A DNA stretch of 64,000 bases from Octopus vulgaris (taxonomy: Eukaryota). Below, one piece after another: positions 1 through 14,988 of the stretch (positions within the stretch are counted from its first letter, which is position 1; each line of letters begins with the position of its first letter). The notes beneath the pieces are model-generated. The model searched no databases, was not told where the DNA came from, and saw only the letters and a list, made by a program, of their open reading frames with translations. Position numbers and translations under genes: made by a program. The stretch is from assembly GCA_951406725.2 (NCBI GenBank), contig OX597834.1:26846001-26910000 (forward strand), written 5' to 3'.

Positions 1-274
1 CTATCACCACCACCATCACCACCAACAATGCCACTAACACTACCACCACCACCACCAACACCACTGCACAATACCACCACCACCACCACCACCACCATGA
101 ACACCATTACAACCACCACCACTACCACCACCAACACCACTGCCAATACCACTAACACCACCACTAACAACAACAACAACCACCACCACCACCACCACCA
201 TCATCATCATGACACTACCATCACTATTGATTGACCTCCGCCACCACCGCCTCCACCACCAACAGCATCATCAT

Positions 275-324
<50 letters not shown>

Positions 325-714
325 AAGCCAGAGACAGAGAAGGCGATCAGTGGAGTCCATTCTGCTGACGTTGACATTTCAATTGAGAAAAGGAACCGAG
401 AAAAGACACAGCAAGCGTTTGACAACGTTCCGCGGTGTTTAAGACAAAGAAGAACGGTTTCCCCCAACGCTCTCTCTCTCTCTCTCTCCATCTCCATCTC
501 TCTCTCTCCATCTTATACACACTAATGCACGCACGCACACACACTCACACACATACACAAACGCGCGTGCACACACACAACCAACAACCATACCACTGAA
601 ATGGTTTTATTTAGTAGTAGTCTTCAACAATCTCATAAACTAACCACTTCGTTGTCTGAACAATGTCTTAATGAGGTTTGAATTGTGGTAACGAGAATGA
701 TAGAAATATATATG

Positions 715-855
<141 letters not shown>

Positions 856-911
856 ATATATTTATATATACATACATATATAAGCATATATATGTACATA
901 CATACCTACAT

Positions 912-958
<47 letters not shown>

Positions 959-1018
959 CACGTATATGTGTGTGTGTTCGTGTGTGTGTTCGTGTGTGTG
1001 TGTGTATATGTGTGTGTA

Positions 1019-1085
<67 letters not shown>

Positions 1086-1260
1086 AAGTCTGTGCGTAGG
1101 TATACATGTTTGTATGTATCTATGTATGTGTTTATGTGTGTATATATATGTATGTATATATATATATGTATATATAAATACATGCTTATGCATATATGTA
1201 AGTATGTAAGTATATATACATGTGTGTGTGTGTGCATATATGTATAATATATATATATGT

Positions 1261-1884
1261 ATGTAATCCCCCGACTATCGCGGGGGTTACGTTCGAAAAA
1301 CCCCCGCGATAGGTGAAACTCCGCGAAGTAGAAACAGTACTGTATATTTATTATTATTATTTTTATAATTTGTATATATATATATACAAATACATAGGCG
1401 CAGGAGTGGCTGTGTGGTAAGTAGCTTGCTAACCAACCACATGGTTCCGGGTTCAGTCCCACTGCGTGGCATCTTGGGCAAGTGTCTTCTGCTATAGCCT
1501 CGGGCCAACCAATGCCTTGTGAGTGGATTTGGTAGACGGAAACTGAAAGAAGCCTGTCGTATATATGCATATATATATATGTGTGTATATATGTTTGTGT
1601 GTCTGTGTTTGTCCCCCTAGCATTGCTTGACAACCGATGCTGGTGTGCTTACGTCCCCGTCACTTAGCGGTTCGGCAAAAAGAAACCGATAGAATAAGTA
1701 CTGGGCTTACAAAGAATAAGTCCCGGGGTCGATTTGCTCGACTAAAGGGCGGTGCTCCAGCATGGCCGCAGTCAAATGACTGAAACAAGTAAAGAGTATA
1801 TATTTCATTATAAATGCAAAACAACACCACAGAGGAATCAACGTAAGCCAAAATAATAAACCGCGATATGGCGAGGGATTACTG
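1261..1884. mobile_element. pogo/Tigger-like (Tc1/mariner superfamily) MITE, interrupted by a nested SINE
   Basis: Imperfect terminal inverted repeats: left GTAATCCCCCGACTATCGCGG (~1263), right CCGCGATATGGCGAGGGATTACTG ending at 1884 and followed by TA; the CAGTA terminus is typical of pogo/Tigger. Confidence 0.7.
1397..1797 (+). mobile_element. tRNA-derived SINE family A (CORE-like domain, internal TA/TG microsatellite), full length
   Basis: Head GGCGCAGGAGTGGCTGTGTGGTAAG with A-box-like and B-box-like (GGTTCAGTCCC) motifs, CORE-like CTTGGGCAAGTG, 3' tail GCTCCAGCATGGCCGCAGTCAAATGACTGAAACAAGTAAA; about 20 copies in the window. Confidence 0.9.
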
Positions 1885-2118
1885 TACACACACACTCACA
1901 CACACTCACATTTGTAATATAGCATATATATCTATAATAATAAATGCTAAATATAGCATTTATTATTATATAAATATATATATTTATATATGAATGTATA
2001 AATATTTAATCATACACTCATACTCTGATATAATGAATACGTATTTAATATTTAATATAGTAAGTATTTATATATTATTTATATTTGACGGATATTTGTC
2101 CTCATCTTGTTTGTTGTT

Positions 2119-2164
2119 AACACAACGTTTCGGCTGATATACCTTCCAGCCTTCATCAGGTGTC
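2119..2164 (-). ncRNA. Minimal type I hammerhead ribozyme motif (family H1) in a Penelope-like pLTR fragment
   Basis: Minus strand: GACAC-CTGATGA-A-GGCTG(GAAGGTATAT)CAGCC-GAAA-CG-TT-GTGTT; canonical core, 5-bp helix I, 5-bp helix II, ACGT palindrome replacing helix III, GUU site. Confidence 0.8.
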
Positions 2165-2197
2165 TTGGGGAAATTTCGAACCTGGGTTCTCATTTCT

Positions 2198-2310
2198 AAC
2201 TGACAAGCAAATCTGCAATATAGTGTAGAATATCTGCCGTAGCCCATCTCTTACACCAAGACAAAACATGTACATGATAACATAAAACCATGAGGGCCAC
2301 TGCCTGGTAC
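2198..2310 (-). mobile_element. Diverged fragment of the (TAA)n-associated repeat
   Basis: ACTGACAAGCAAATCTG...ACCAAGACAAAACATGTACATGATAACA matches 14780-14865. Confidence 0.7.
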
Positions 2311-2345
2311 ATCATCACGGGATCCTGGTATTACTACTGGTATCA

Positions 2346-2733
2346 TCTTTATATATAAAAGTGAAGTTGTGTGTCTGTCTCCTACGATTTAGATTCCTAA
2401 CTACTCCCACATTTTGCGGTGCAGTTTAACCAAAACCGGGTATCTTATAGTCGTGATTCATATCGAGCCCTTCTGGGTATTAGCGCGCGTCTACGATTTC
2501 AAAAAAAATTTACCATCATTTTTTTCCATTTTAATGCATTTTTTTCGCTATTATATAAGGGAAGTAACTCTCTAAAAATGTCTACGATGAGTCAACGACT
2601 TAAAAAAAAATTTACCATAATTTTTTTTCCATTTTTAATGCATTTTTTTGCTATTTTGGGGCTATAACTCTCTAAAAATGCTTATATAGTTATTTCCCTT
2701 ACAAACCCGAGCAACGCCGGGCGATACTGCTAG
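2346..2733 (+). mobile_element. Non-autonomous Helitron
   Basis: Starts TC(TTTATATATAAAAG), ends CTAG, sub-terminal hairpin CCCG-AGCAACGC-CGGG, inserted between A (2345) and T (2734) with no TSD. Confidence 0.85.
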
Positions 2734-2775
2734 TCATTGATAATAACGAAAATAAATTATTATTTGATTTGATAA

Positions 2776-2990
2776 GGTGGCAAGCTGGCAGAATCGTTAG
2801 CGAGCAGGGCGGAATGCGTACAGGTATTTCATCTATCGCTACTTTCTGAGTTCAAATTCCGCCGTGGTCGACTTTATCTTTTATCTTTTCGGGATCGATA
2901 AATTAAGTACCAGTTGTGTACTGGGGACCATGTGAACGACTTCCCCCCCAACTAGAAAATTCAGGCCTTGTGCGTTTCGTAGAAAGGATT
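2776..2990 (+). mobile_element. tRNA-derived SINE family C (Meta-domain-like centre)
   Basis: GGTGGCAAGCTGGCAGAATCGTTAGC...GAGTTCAAATTCC...GTCGACTTT...GATAAATTAAGTACCAG; homologous to the 41147, 52492, 59475 and 63780 copies. Confidence 0.8.
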
Positions 2991-3038
2991 ACTATTTTAT
3001 TTGATCAGTTCCTTGATCTTTTGCCTGTTCTGTATGGA

Positions 3039-3421
3039 TGGAAGCACTCCGTCGGTTACGACGATGAGGGTTCCGGTTGATCCGAATCAACGGAACAGCC
3101 TGCTCGTGAAATTAACGTGTAAGTGGCTGAGCACTCCACAGCCACGTGCACCCTTAGCGTAGTTCTCGGGGATATTCAGCGTGACACAGAGAGTGACAAG
3201 GCCGGCTCCTTGAAATACAGGTACAACAGAAACAGGAAGTAAGGGTGAGAGAAAGTTGTGGTGAAAGAGTACAGCAGGGATCACCACTATCCCCTGCCGG
3301 AGCCTCGTGGAGCTTTGATTTAGGTGTTTTCGCTCAATAAACACTCACAACGCCCGGTCTGGGAATCGAAACCGCGTTCCTATGACCGCGAGTCCGCTGC
3401 CCTAACCACTGGGCCATTGCG
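3039..3421 (-). mobile_element. tRNA-derived SINE family B
   Basis: Minus-strand head GCAATGGCCCAGTGGTTAGGGCAGCGGACTCGCGGTC...GGTTTCGATTCCC; near-identical to the 28040 and 45617 copies. Confidence 0.9.
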
Positions 3422-3904
3422 ACAGAGGCACCTGTTCAGTATGACAGTGTGTTTGAGGTTAGAGCTTTGATGAAAAAGAAAGAAAAAACACACACACACA
3501 TATCCACACAAGAACAATAGCATTTTCGTAACAGGGTGGTGGCAGAAAACACACACAGAGTGAATGAGAAATTGTGGTATGGGTTATATAAGATTAAGTC
3601 TGGTTTCGGTAGTAACCCGGTAGTAATCAATTGCAAATATCCTCGTTCCACCCTCTCCTCCCCCTCCACTTCCTCCTTCTGTTCCTCTTCTCGTCCTCCT
3701 CTTCTTGCCCCATCTTCTTGTCCTCCTCTCTTCCTCCCACTCTTCATCCTCCTTGTCATCGTCGTCATCGTCATCGTCATCTTCCACCCTCTTCACGTCT
3801 TCCTCGAAAAATGGTCGCTTACCACTTCAATACAATAAAATGCTCAACCAATTCCTTAGATATCAATCAACCAGTGTCAGCCGGATTTGTTATTGCTCCT
3901 GCCA

Positions 3905-3905
3905 T

Positions 3906-3990
<85 letters not shown>

Positions 3991-4015
3991 GTCATCATCA
4001 TCATCATCATCATCA

Positions 4016-4101
<86 letters not shown>

Positions 4102-4102
4102 G

Positions 4103-4181
<79 letters not shown>

Positions 4182-4186
4182 CATCA

Positions 4187-4229
<43 letters not shown>

Positions 4230-4303
4230 CATCATCATTATTATTATTATTATCATCACCATCATTATTATTATTATTATTATTATCACCATCACTATTA
4301 TTA

Positions 4304-4386
<83 letters not shown>
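3905..4386. repeat. Compound (ACT)n/(ATT)n/(ATC)n trinucleotide microsatellite
   Basis: Seen directly. Confidence 0.95.
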
Positions 4387-4613
4387 GTCTGCTTTTTTGC
4401 TTTTACGTCTTCACAGGAAACAGGAAATGAGAGAGGGAAACAGTGTAACAGTGGCAGTGGCAGTGGCGGCCGCGGTGGTGGTGACGTTGCGATGTTAAGT
4501 GGGTGTGACGGCTGGCGTGGTACCGTTGGTAGCTGTTGTTTTGTTGGTGTTTGTAGTAGAGGCGACGGCGGTGGTGGTGAGATGTAACATTAAGTGTGTG
4601 CGTGTGCGCGCGC

Positions 4614-4654
<41 letters not shown>

Positions 4655-5888
4655 TGAGTGTGTGTATGTAAGGGGCTGATTTGGGGCGAAAGGAAGGGGG
4701 AGTGATTTGGTTAAAAGCGGTGGGGCCTTGTGTTGGGGGCGGTTTGATGCTATGTGTTGCTGTTGCGGCGGGCGAAAGTGCGGTGTGGTGTAGTATGAAG
4801 CGACGTGATTTTTGTGTGGTATCATATAATCGTGGGTGGCACGGCGTGGAGCGTCGCGTAGTGCGTTGCGGTGGCGGTTTGGTTTTGGTTTTGGTTTTGG
4901 TTTTGGTTTGGCGAAACGAGTGAAATTGATATTTGATGCATTTGGCGGTTTGATTGGCGTTGGAATTTTAATGCTAGATACAATTGGAAGAGAGGTGAGG
5001 GAAATAAGGAGGCGGTGGCGGTGGTGGTGGTGATGACGTAATGTTGTCGGCGATTGTGATGTCAATGGAGAAGATATACTGTTGGCGTTGGCGGCGGCGG
5101 CGGCGGTTGTGATGATGGCAGTGGCGGCGTGTTGTTAGAGGCGGAGGCGGTGGTGTTAGTGGAGATTATATAATGTTAACGGTGATGTATAATTTGAAGA
5201 TGGAGGCGGTATAAGCGGAGGCGGTGTGTGTGTTGGTGCTGGTTGAGGTCGCTGTGGTGTTGGGAAGAGGTGGTGATGGTGGTGGTTGCAGTGGTGGTGG
5301 TTGTAGTGGTGGCGATTGTAGTGGTGATGGTTGTAGTAGTGGTGGTTGTACATGTGGTGGTGGTATTACATGTGGCGATGTAGTGTTGGAAGAGGTGATT
5401 GTGGTGGTGATGGTGGTGATGATGATGGTGGGGGTGATGGTGGTGGTTGTGACGGTTGTAGTGGTGGTGGTTGTATTAATGGTGATGTTCCACGTGGCCA
5501 TGTAGTGTTGGAAGAAGTGGTGGTGGTAGTGGTGGTGATGGTGGTGGTGATGGTGGTGGTGGTTGTAGTGGTGGTGTATGTAGTTAGTGATGATGGTAGT
5601 GCTGGAGATGGTGGTGGTGATTGTAGTGGTGGGGTAATGGTGGTGGCTGTGGAAGTTGTGGTAGTGGTAGTGTTATAATCGTTATCGTTGATAGTGTTGG
5701 TGTTGGTGTGGGGTACCTACGACTGAGCGACCTCTGGTGATTGGCTGGCTGGCTGAGTGGTTGGTAAGTGGATTAGTGATGGTGGTGATAATAAACCTTT
5801 CAACTATAGGCACAAGGGTCGAAGTTTTGGGCGAGGTGGGGTCTAGTCGATTACAACGCCCTCAGTGGTCAACAGGTAACTTATTTTG

Positions 5889-6282
5889 GGTGCAGGAGTA
5901 GCTGTGTGGTAAGTAGCTTGCTTACCAACCACATGGTTCCGGGTTCAGTCCCACTGCGTGGTACCTTGGGCAAGTGTCTTCTACCATAGCCTCGGGCCAA
6001 CCAAAGCCTTGTGAGTGTATTTGGTAGACGGAAACTGAAATAAGCCCGTCGTATATATGTATATATATGTGTGTGTGTGTGTGTATATGTTTGTGTGTCT
6101 GTGTTTGTCCCTCCCCCATCATCGCTTGACAACCGATGCTGGTGTGTTTACGTCCCCGTAACTTAGCGGTTCGGGAAAAGACCGATAGTAGAATAAGTAC
6201 TAAGGCTTACAAAGAATAAGTCCTGGGGTCGATGGCCGCAGTCAAATGACTGAAACAAGTAAAAGAGTAAAAGAATAAAAGA
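5889..6282 (+). mobile_element. SINE family A, nested inside a minus-strand family C SINE
   Basis: Full family A sequence with an internal deletion; a family C tail lies at ~5795-5880 and a family C head at ~6305-6397 (minus strand). Confidence 0.85.
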
Positions 6283-6549
6283 GACCCTGAAATGATGACA
6301 GGCAAATTCGACTGCGGCGTGATTTGAACTTAAGGCAGAAAAAACGCTGCTAAGTACTATGTTCACCTTGCTAACCAACTCTACCAACTCACCGCCTTAA
6401 TGATGGCAGTGGCAGTGGTGGTGGTGGTGGTGGGTGGTGGCGACAGTTTCCATTTGAAGCTCCTACACAAATCCACTTCAACACACACACACACACAATA
6501 AATACAAATACATGCAAATACACACACGCGCACGTGTACAAAGGCAGAG

Positions 6550-6591
<42 letters not shown>

Positions 6592-7599
6592 AAGAGGGGA
6601 GAAGGGCAGCGAGACGGAGAAAGAGGGAGATAGAGGTGGAGTAGTGGGGATAGAAATAAAAGTTGCAAAATTACCTTGAACAGCAATGATAGTCGTTCTC
6701 TTGACAAATAAGAGATTCTAACGTTTCCGACTAAACGGGTAGCCATGACATTTCAGTTTAATAAATGATTGGCGTCCACCCATTACGAAACTTTGAGACG
6801 ATAGAATTAGTAAGTTGCCCTTCGCTGTGGGTTCCAACGAAATAAAACGGCGATGATATCCATCCCCCATTTTCTGATAAAAAAAAAAAAGGCAAATAAA
6901 TAAATAACTAAAATGAAATATATATAAGCAAAACAATAAAATATAACATAAATCAGATTGCTGTGACACCCAAGGAATAACTATCAAAAAATGATAAGAA
7001 TAAAAAGCGAATAAAGGAATAGAAAAGGAAAGGAAGAGGGGGAGTAAAAAAAAGGAAGGTTAGTACATACAACAATCTATTCGGCGGTTTCCATAATTAT
7101 TTAATATGTAAAAAAAGACATCGTAGGCCCCACCCGGCCTTTTTAATAATCGACATTACAAAGCGGGATACACACCCTTTTATAACACATTGTAAATAGA
7201 GTAGGGGGTCATTTTACCGTTACCCTTGGAAAAAAAAACAAAAACAAGAATGATATAAATATATAGATGTAAATGAAAAATAAAAATTGAAAGGCTCACC
7301 ACCGCCCACCTTCATTGCCGCTCGACCGCCCCTAACTTCCCGGCCGTCGCTTGGCGTGTGCAGCAAAAAAAAGAAAAAAAAAGAAAAAAAAAGAAAAATC
7401 CCTCTATTGTTTCATAAAATCTAATTCAAAGAATTTCTTGTTTAAAAGCGCAGGCTCCTCCGACACCGCCACCGCCATCTTCTGGTATATCCCACGCCAT
7501 AACAACAATAACAACAAAAAAACAACAACAACAGCAATAACTACAATGATGACGACGACGATGAATGTGTGGAGAACAACGATAATAACAAAAATAACG

Positions 7600-7639
7600 A
7601 CATCATCGTCATCATCGTCTATATGAAGATCACCGACAG

Positions 7640-7680
<41 letters not shown>

Positions 7681-7692
7681 ACATCATCATCG

Positions 7693-7727
<35 letters not shown>

Positions 7728-7841
7728 GTCATCATCAACGTCGTCACCATCATCATCATCATCATCATCATCGTCGTCATCATCACCATCATCATCATCA
7801 TCATCATCAACGTCGTCATTATCATCATCATCATCATCATT

Positions 7842-7872
<31 letters not shown>

Positions 7873-7993
7873 ACGTCGTCATAAACAACGATAATAATTA
7901 CCTTGGGCAAGTGTCTTCTATTATAGCCACGGGCTAGCCAAAGCCTTGTGAGTGGATTTGGTAGATGGAAACTGAAGGAAGCCCGTCGTCGTA

Positions 7994-8052
<59 letters not shown>

Positions 8053-8505
8053 ATATGTTTGTGTGTCTGTGTTTGTCCCTCCCCCCCCAAAATCGCTTGA
8101 CAACCGATGTTGGTGTGTTTACGTCTCCGTTACTTAGCGGTTCGGCAAAAGAGACCGATAGAATAAGTACCAGGCTTACAAAGAATAAGTCCTGGGGGTC
8201 GATTTGCTCGACTAAAGGCGGTGCTCCAGCATGGCCGCAGTCGAATGACTGAAACAAGTAAAAGAGCAAAAGAGTAAGAATAGCAACGACAGTCAGATCA
8301 TCGTCTTCATCGTTGTTCTCCTCTCCATCCTCCTCCTCCTCCTCGTCCTCGTCCTCGTCCTCCTCGTCCTCCTCCTCCTCCTCCTCCTCCTCCTCATCAT
8401 CATCATCATCGTCATTATCATCATCATCATCATTATCATCGTTGTTATCGTCATTTTCATCATCATCATCATCACCATCGTCATCATCATCATCATCACC
8501 ATCAC

Positions 8506-8537
<32 letters not shown>

Positions 8538-8606
8538 CCATCATCATCGTCGTCGTCGTCGTCATCATCATCATCATCATCATCATCGTCATCATCATCG
8601 TCGTCG

Positions 8607-8663
<57 letters not shown>

Positions 8664-8739
8664 CCACCATCATCATCACAACCACCACCACCACCACCAT
8701 CACCACCACCATTATCGTCATCATCATCACCGACATCAC

Positions 8740-8795
<56 letters not shown>

Positions 8796-8815
8796 ACAAC
8801 AACAACAACAACAGC
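7600..8815. repeat. (CAT)n/(CCT)n microsatellite tracts flanking a 5'-truncated SINE A (7899-8277, +)
   Basis: Seen directly. Confidence 0.9.
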
Positions 8816-8956
8816 AGCAGTGACAGCAGCATCCTATCATGATAGATGATTAAGATGAAGTGCGAAGTTTTTCCACCATCGTCCTTAGCCTTGGTCTTTA
8901 CGATGTCTATGGTGGTTACTTGTTGTTCGGGAGTGTTCTGGAATCTGCATGTTTAA

Positions 8957-9018
<62 letters not shown>

Positions 9019-9147
9019 GTGTTTGTGTGTGTATATATATATATGTGTATGCGTATTTCATCATTTGTATTCAGTATTTCTGAGAGTGGGTGGTGATAGT
9101 GGTGGTGCAGGTGTGTACGTTAATTATATACATACATACATTCATAC

Positions 9148-9222
<75 letters not shown>

Positions 9223-9240
9223 TTATATACAGATATATGA

Positions 9241-9299
<59 letters not shown>

Positions 9300-9347
9300 C
9301 ATCTATCTATCTATATATATATATATACATATATATACAGATATATG

Positions 9348-9418
<71 letters not shown>

Positions 9419-9429
9419 TATACACATAA

Positions 9430-9460
<31 letters not shown>

Positions 9461-9584
9461 CATACATATATATACATAAATATGTATCAGTATATATATA
9501 TATATGGGTATATATATATGTGCGTGTGTGTATGTGTGTGCATTTATAAGCACACTTTGTCTAGCTGTCCAAGTGGCTATCTGC

Positions 9585-9632
<48 letters not shown>

Positions 9633-10074
9633 GTGTGTGTATGTTAATATATATGTATGCATACACATACGCATACACACTCACACATATGAATATTCCC
9701 TTTTTATATAATCACATACATAGATATATAGATATATGCACATACACACGCATACGCTTATACATAGAGCTGTTTACAACAATTTTTTTTTGCTTTTGTA
9801 TTTGTTATTGTTGTTTTCTAAATGCGTTTGTTAAAATGACATTCAAGTTTTTAGCGGATTTCTTGGTCGTGGAATATGTTATGAAGAGGATTTACTGAGT
9901 ACCGGGGTCTCTCATTATTTACTGACAAAAATATAATAACTCCTGTGGGGCGTGGTAAGAACGTTTCTTTCCAGCTACATAGTTCTAGGTTCATTCTCAT
10001 TGCATAGCGCCTTGAGCAAGTGTTCTGTTCAATAGCCTTAGTTTGACCAAAGCGTTGTGGGTGGATTTCGTATA

Positions 10075-10125
<51 letters not shown>

Positions 10126-10197
10126 CCATGATAGATCGGTAGCCACTACACACATGTTTTTCTCTTCTTGTTTCTCTCCTTGTTTCTTTCTGTGTTC

Positions 10198-10233
10198 CTT
10201 TCTGTGGAAGAGCCTAGGCTCGAAACGTTAAAG
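10198..10233 (+). ncRNA. Variant minimal hammerhead motif (family H3, CUGUnGA core) in a ~200-bp pyrimidine-rich repeat (10123-10322)
   Basis: CTTT-CTGTGGA-A-GAGC(CTAG)GCTC-GAAA-CG-TT-AAAG; the repeat recurs at 56730-56920. Core position A6 is U. Confidence 0.6.
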
Positions 10234-10319
10234 ACTTTTTCAGTTCCCGAGCGTTATACTAATACATCTGTTTGTTTTCTATACCACCTGTCTTCGTCTT
10301 TTGTTTTTTCGTGAATTCT

Positions 10320-10379
<60 letters not shown>

Positions 10380-10396
10380 CTACGAATCTGTCTGTG

Positions 10397-10444
<48 letters not shown>

Positions 10445-10470
10445 ATATATTGATCTATATGTGTCTACGA

Positions 10471-10524
<54 letters not shown>

Positions 10525-10616
10525 ATATCTATCTATCTATTTATCTTACTAATTATCTATCCATTTCTCTCTCCCCAACTCCCTCTTTCTCTCTCTCTAT
10601 CTATCGAGCTCCCAAC

Positions 10617-10653
<37 letters not shown>

Positions 10654-10681
10654 ATCTGTCTAGCTCCCACCTTTCTCTCTC

Positions 10682-10713
<32 letters not shown>

Positions 10714-11029
10714 GAATACCACAGTTTGGACCATATTATCTCAGGGCACAGGCATAACAGAGTGTTGCATAACAATGAACTAGCTGCGGGTGTGTCCCTT
10801 TCACCGTCCTCACGTTGTACAGGAAAAAATAATGAAAGACAAGCTAGCAAACAGCTCCCTATTCGCACTCCTCATTACACATGTCACATGCACAATACAG
10901 AACACACAACACAAAACACAAAACACAAAACACAGTATTCGTCGGCAGAACTGCATGCTGGCTTTTAAGCGCTTATTGCTAACAGTTACAGGCTTCGAGT
11001 AGAGACCTAGTGTTGGTGGTGGTGGCGAT

Positions 11030-11063
11030 AACGATGATGACAATAATGATGACGATGATGATA

Positions 11064-11110
<47 letters not shown>

Positions 11111-11167
11111 GGGGAGGATGTTAAGGATGATAAAAAATGATGGTGGTGGTGGTGGCGGTGGTGGTGG

Positions 11168-11203
<36 letters not shown>

Positions 11204-11376
11204 CGACGACGACGACGACGGTGATGGAGATAATCATGACAGCAATTATGATGACTGTGATGGTTATGATGATGAGGATCGGGATGATGAGGATGAAGGA
11301 GGATGAGGATGAAGGAGGATGAGGATGAAGGAGGATGAGGATGTGGATGATAAGGATGATAAGGTTGGTAGTGATA

Positions 11377-11408
<32 letters not shown>

Positions 11409-11660
11409 GATGACGATGATGATGATGATGATAATGAAAATGAGGATGTTAAGGATAATAAAAATGGTGGTGATGACGAGGTTATGAGGAGGAATATGAT
11501 AATGGTGATGATGTCGGCGATGATGATGATGATGATGATGACAATGATGATGATGAGGATAACCATGATAATGATTACAATGTGATGGTTAGGATGATGA
11601 GGATCTGAATGATATAAATGATGATGATGATGATGATGACGACGACGATGATGATGAAGA
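11030..11660. repeat. Degenerate (GAT)n low-complexity tract
   Basis: Seen directly. Confidence 0.9.
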
Positions 11661-11939
11661 CAAAGACGACGGCGCTAATAGTATGGCAAATGTGATACCG
11701 AAGGTGGTGATGGCATCCCGGATGGTTAACAGGCTGAATCGAAAGCAAAAAAAAAAAAAAAAAAAAAGGAAAAAAAAAAAAAGGAAAAAAAAAAAAAAGG
11801 AAATGTACACGTGGAGAGACAGAAATCTCCTGGTTCGATATTCTCACAGTTTCAGCAATCGGCTGGTCTGAGTTGATACTGTATTTACAACAAACCGCAG
11901 GAATTGTAAAGAAAAGAATATTAAAACGGTCCTTCCCTT

Positions 11940-12240
11940 AGCTCTGGCATGTGATGATAGTATGTCTTGATACTCAGACCAAAATTCGACGGAACAGGCA
12001 GATGTGGATCACGCACCACCAAACGTCTGTCATGGTAAGTCGATGGCTGCGATAACTCGTGCAGAAGAAACTGATGTTCAACAGATATGGGTGGGTCACA
12101 TCTGTGATGGTGGATAATGGCCATGATAGCCTGCGAGGAGGAAACTGGTATGAAACAACAGTTTCTCAAAAAAAAGATAAAAGCATACGAAGGGCTCCTC
12201 AGTGTCACAAAACTAAGAAACAATTATCCATGAAACAGTG
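11940..12240 (+). mobile_element. Possible highly decayed RTE-clade LINE fragment
   Basis: Frameshifted reading QIWVGHIC/MVDNG resembles RWLGHVSRMEDGR in the RTE fragment at ~38025. Confidence 0.35.
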
Positions 12241-12670
12241 AGGGATCTGGCTTTTAGTTAGGAGAGGTAGCCGTTCTCCTGACCCTTAAAAGGACCATTA
12301 AGACTTCTTCTGAGAGAGGGGGAAGAATGAAGTATTTCTCACACCAGAAATCTAGTCAGCACGCTTGCAACAAAATGAACTCTGCTAAGAGCACCTTAAG
12401 TGCTAGGCGATGTTATTAAAGTGGATGACAAGGACTAAATCCGGTGGTTGTGGGACCCGAACACAGAACTCACAGAACTAGAGCAAATACCACAAGGAAT
12501 CAGGACTGAAGCATTTCTTTTACAGTTTCACTTAAAGAGACAATAAGGCAGTATGGAAATGTCTCGCTTCAGTTTTTTTAGCGGAAGCCTCACACATACA
12601 TACATACATACATACATACATACATACATACACATGCGAACGCGCACACACGCACGCGTGCATATACACA

Positions 12671-12815
<145 letters not shown>

Positions 12816-12981
12816 GTACACATATATATACACACACACATACATACGCACCCATTCATGTATGCTTTTTTAAAAATCAAGGTTCATCGACATTATATCA
12901 GTGTATGAATGTGTGTGTATATATATATATACATACATATATACATATATACATATATACATATATATATATATATATGTT

Positions 12982-13014
<33 letters not shown>

Positions 13015-13038
13015 GTTTACATACATACACTCACACAT

Positions 13039-13078
<40 letters not shown>

Positions 13079-13420
13079 GTTTACACACATACACTCACAC
13101 ATACACACACAAATACACACGCAAGCGTGTATGTACGTACGTACTGATATATTACTAGTGATAGTTAAGAGATGCAACTTTGTTTCAGAGAGGCTAAACT
13201 AATCCGATAATATCTGCCTTTAATACGTATGTAAATCTCAATATCTAAATACGCACACACACTCACACGCACGCAAACACAAACATAATAATCGCACCTT
13301 ACATGACTCTTTGTCAGTGTGTGTATGTGTGTGTGTGTGTGTGTGTGCGTGCGCGGGCATGTGTTATGTACGTATATCTATATTCACTTTTGAACATATA
13401 TTTATGTATACATGTATATG

Positions 13421-13534
<114 letters not shown>

Positions 13535-13628
13535 CACATATATATACATACACACACACACATATACACTTTGTGTGTATGCACATATTCATACATGGTG
13601 CAATACATACATACACACTCACATACAC

Positions 13629-13665
<37 letters not shown>

Positions 13666-14299
13666 TACATATACATATATACATATATATATGTATTGTG
13701 CTATGTATGAATATGTACACACATTTACAAATACGGGTACACACATATGTGTGCATTAGCTGTACAAATATATACATTCATAGGTATTTATGAATATATA
13801 CGTGTATGCGTGCGTATAATGCATGTGTGTATTCACGTATGTATAAACGCATGCATGTATACATGTATGTATGTATGCCAGTTTGTGTGTGTGTGTGAGT
13901 GTATACCTATCTTTTGCTTATACTCCATGCCATAACTCTGTTGATCTAAAAATCTAAAACAAGATGGCTGCTGACGTACATTCAGAGACGTTAATGCTAT
14001 ATTTTACCGAAGCGAGTCATACAGCTCTAGATATAATCTTCGGGTGAAACGAAATCGCGATCGGGTTGTTTTTATTGTTGTTAATGTTCATCATTCCTAG
14101 GCTAATCTTGATCCTTCTCAGCTTAGATTAAAGGCATTTCAGGCATGACCATCCCGCATATTATCAGGCAATCTGCTGCTAGATTAAACAATGTGTTAAT
14201 AACAGTATGTTAACTTATTTCTTTTACATGTCTCAATCAGTGGACTGTGCCCCAGCTGGGACACAACCTTGAAGGGTTTGTGGAACAAATCGACACCAG

Positions 14300-14337
<38 letters not shown>

Positions 14338-14364
14338 ATTATTATTATTATTATTATTATTATT

Positions 14365-14988
<624 letters not shown>

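Noticed and set aside
28-497. His/Gln/Thr-rich ORFs at the window start
   Set aside because: Trinucleotide low complexity with no recognisable domain or convincing splice context; an exon cannot be fully excluded.
12059-12241. MFNRYGWVTSVMVDNG as a retroviral-type integrase motif
   Set aside because: No other integrase motifs nearby; a frameshifted RTE reading fits at least as well.
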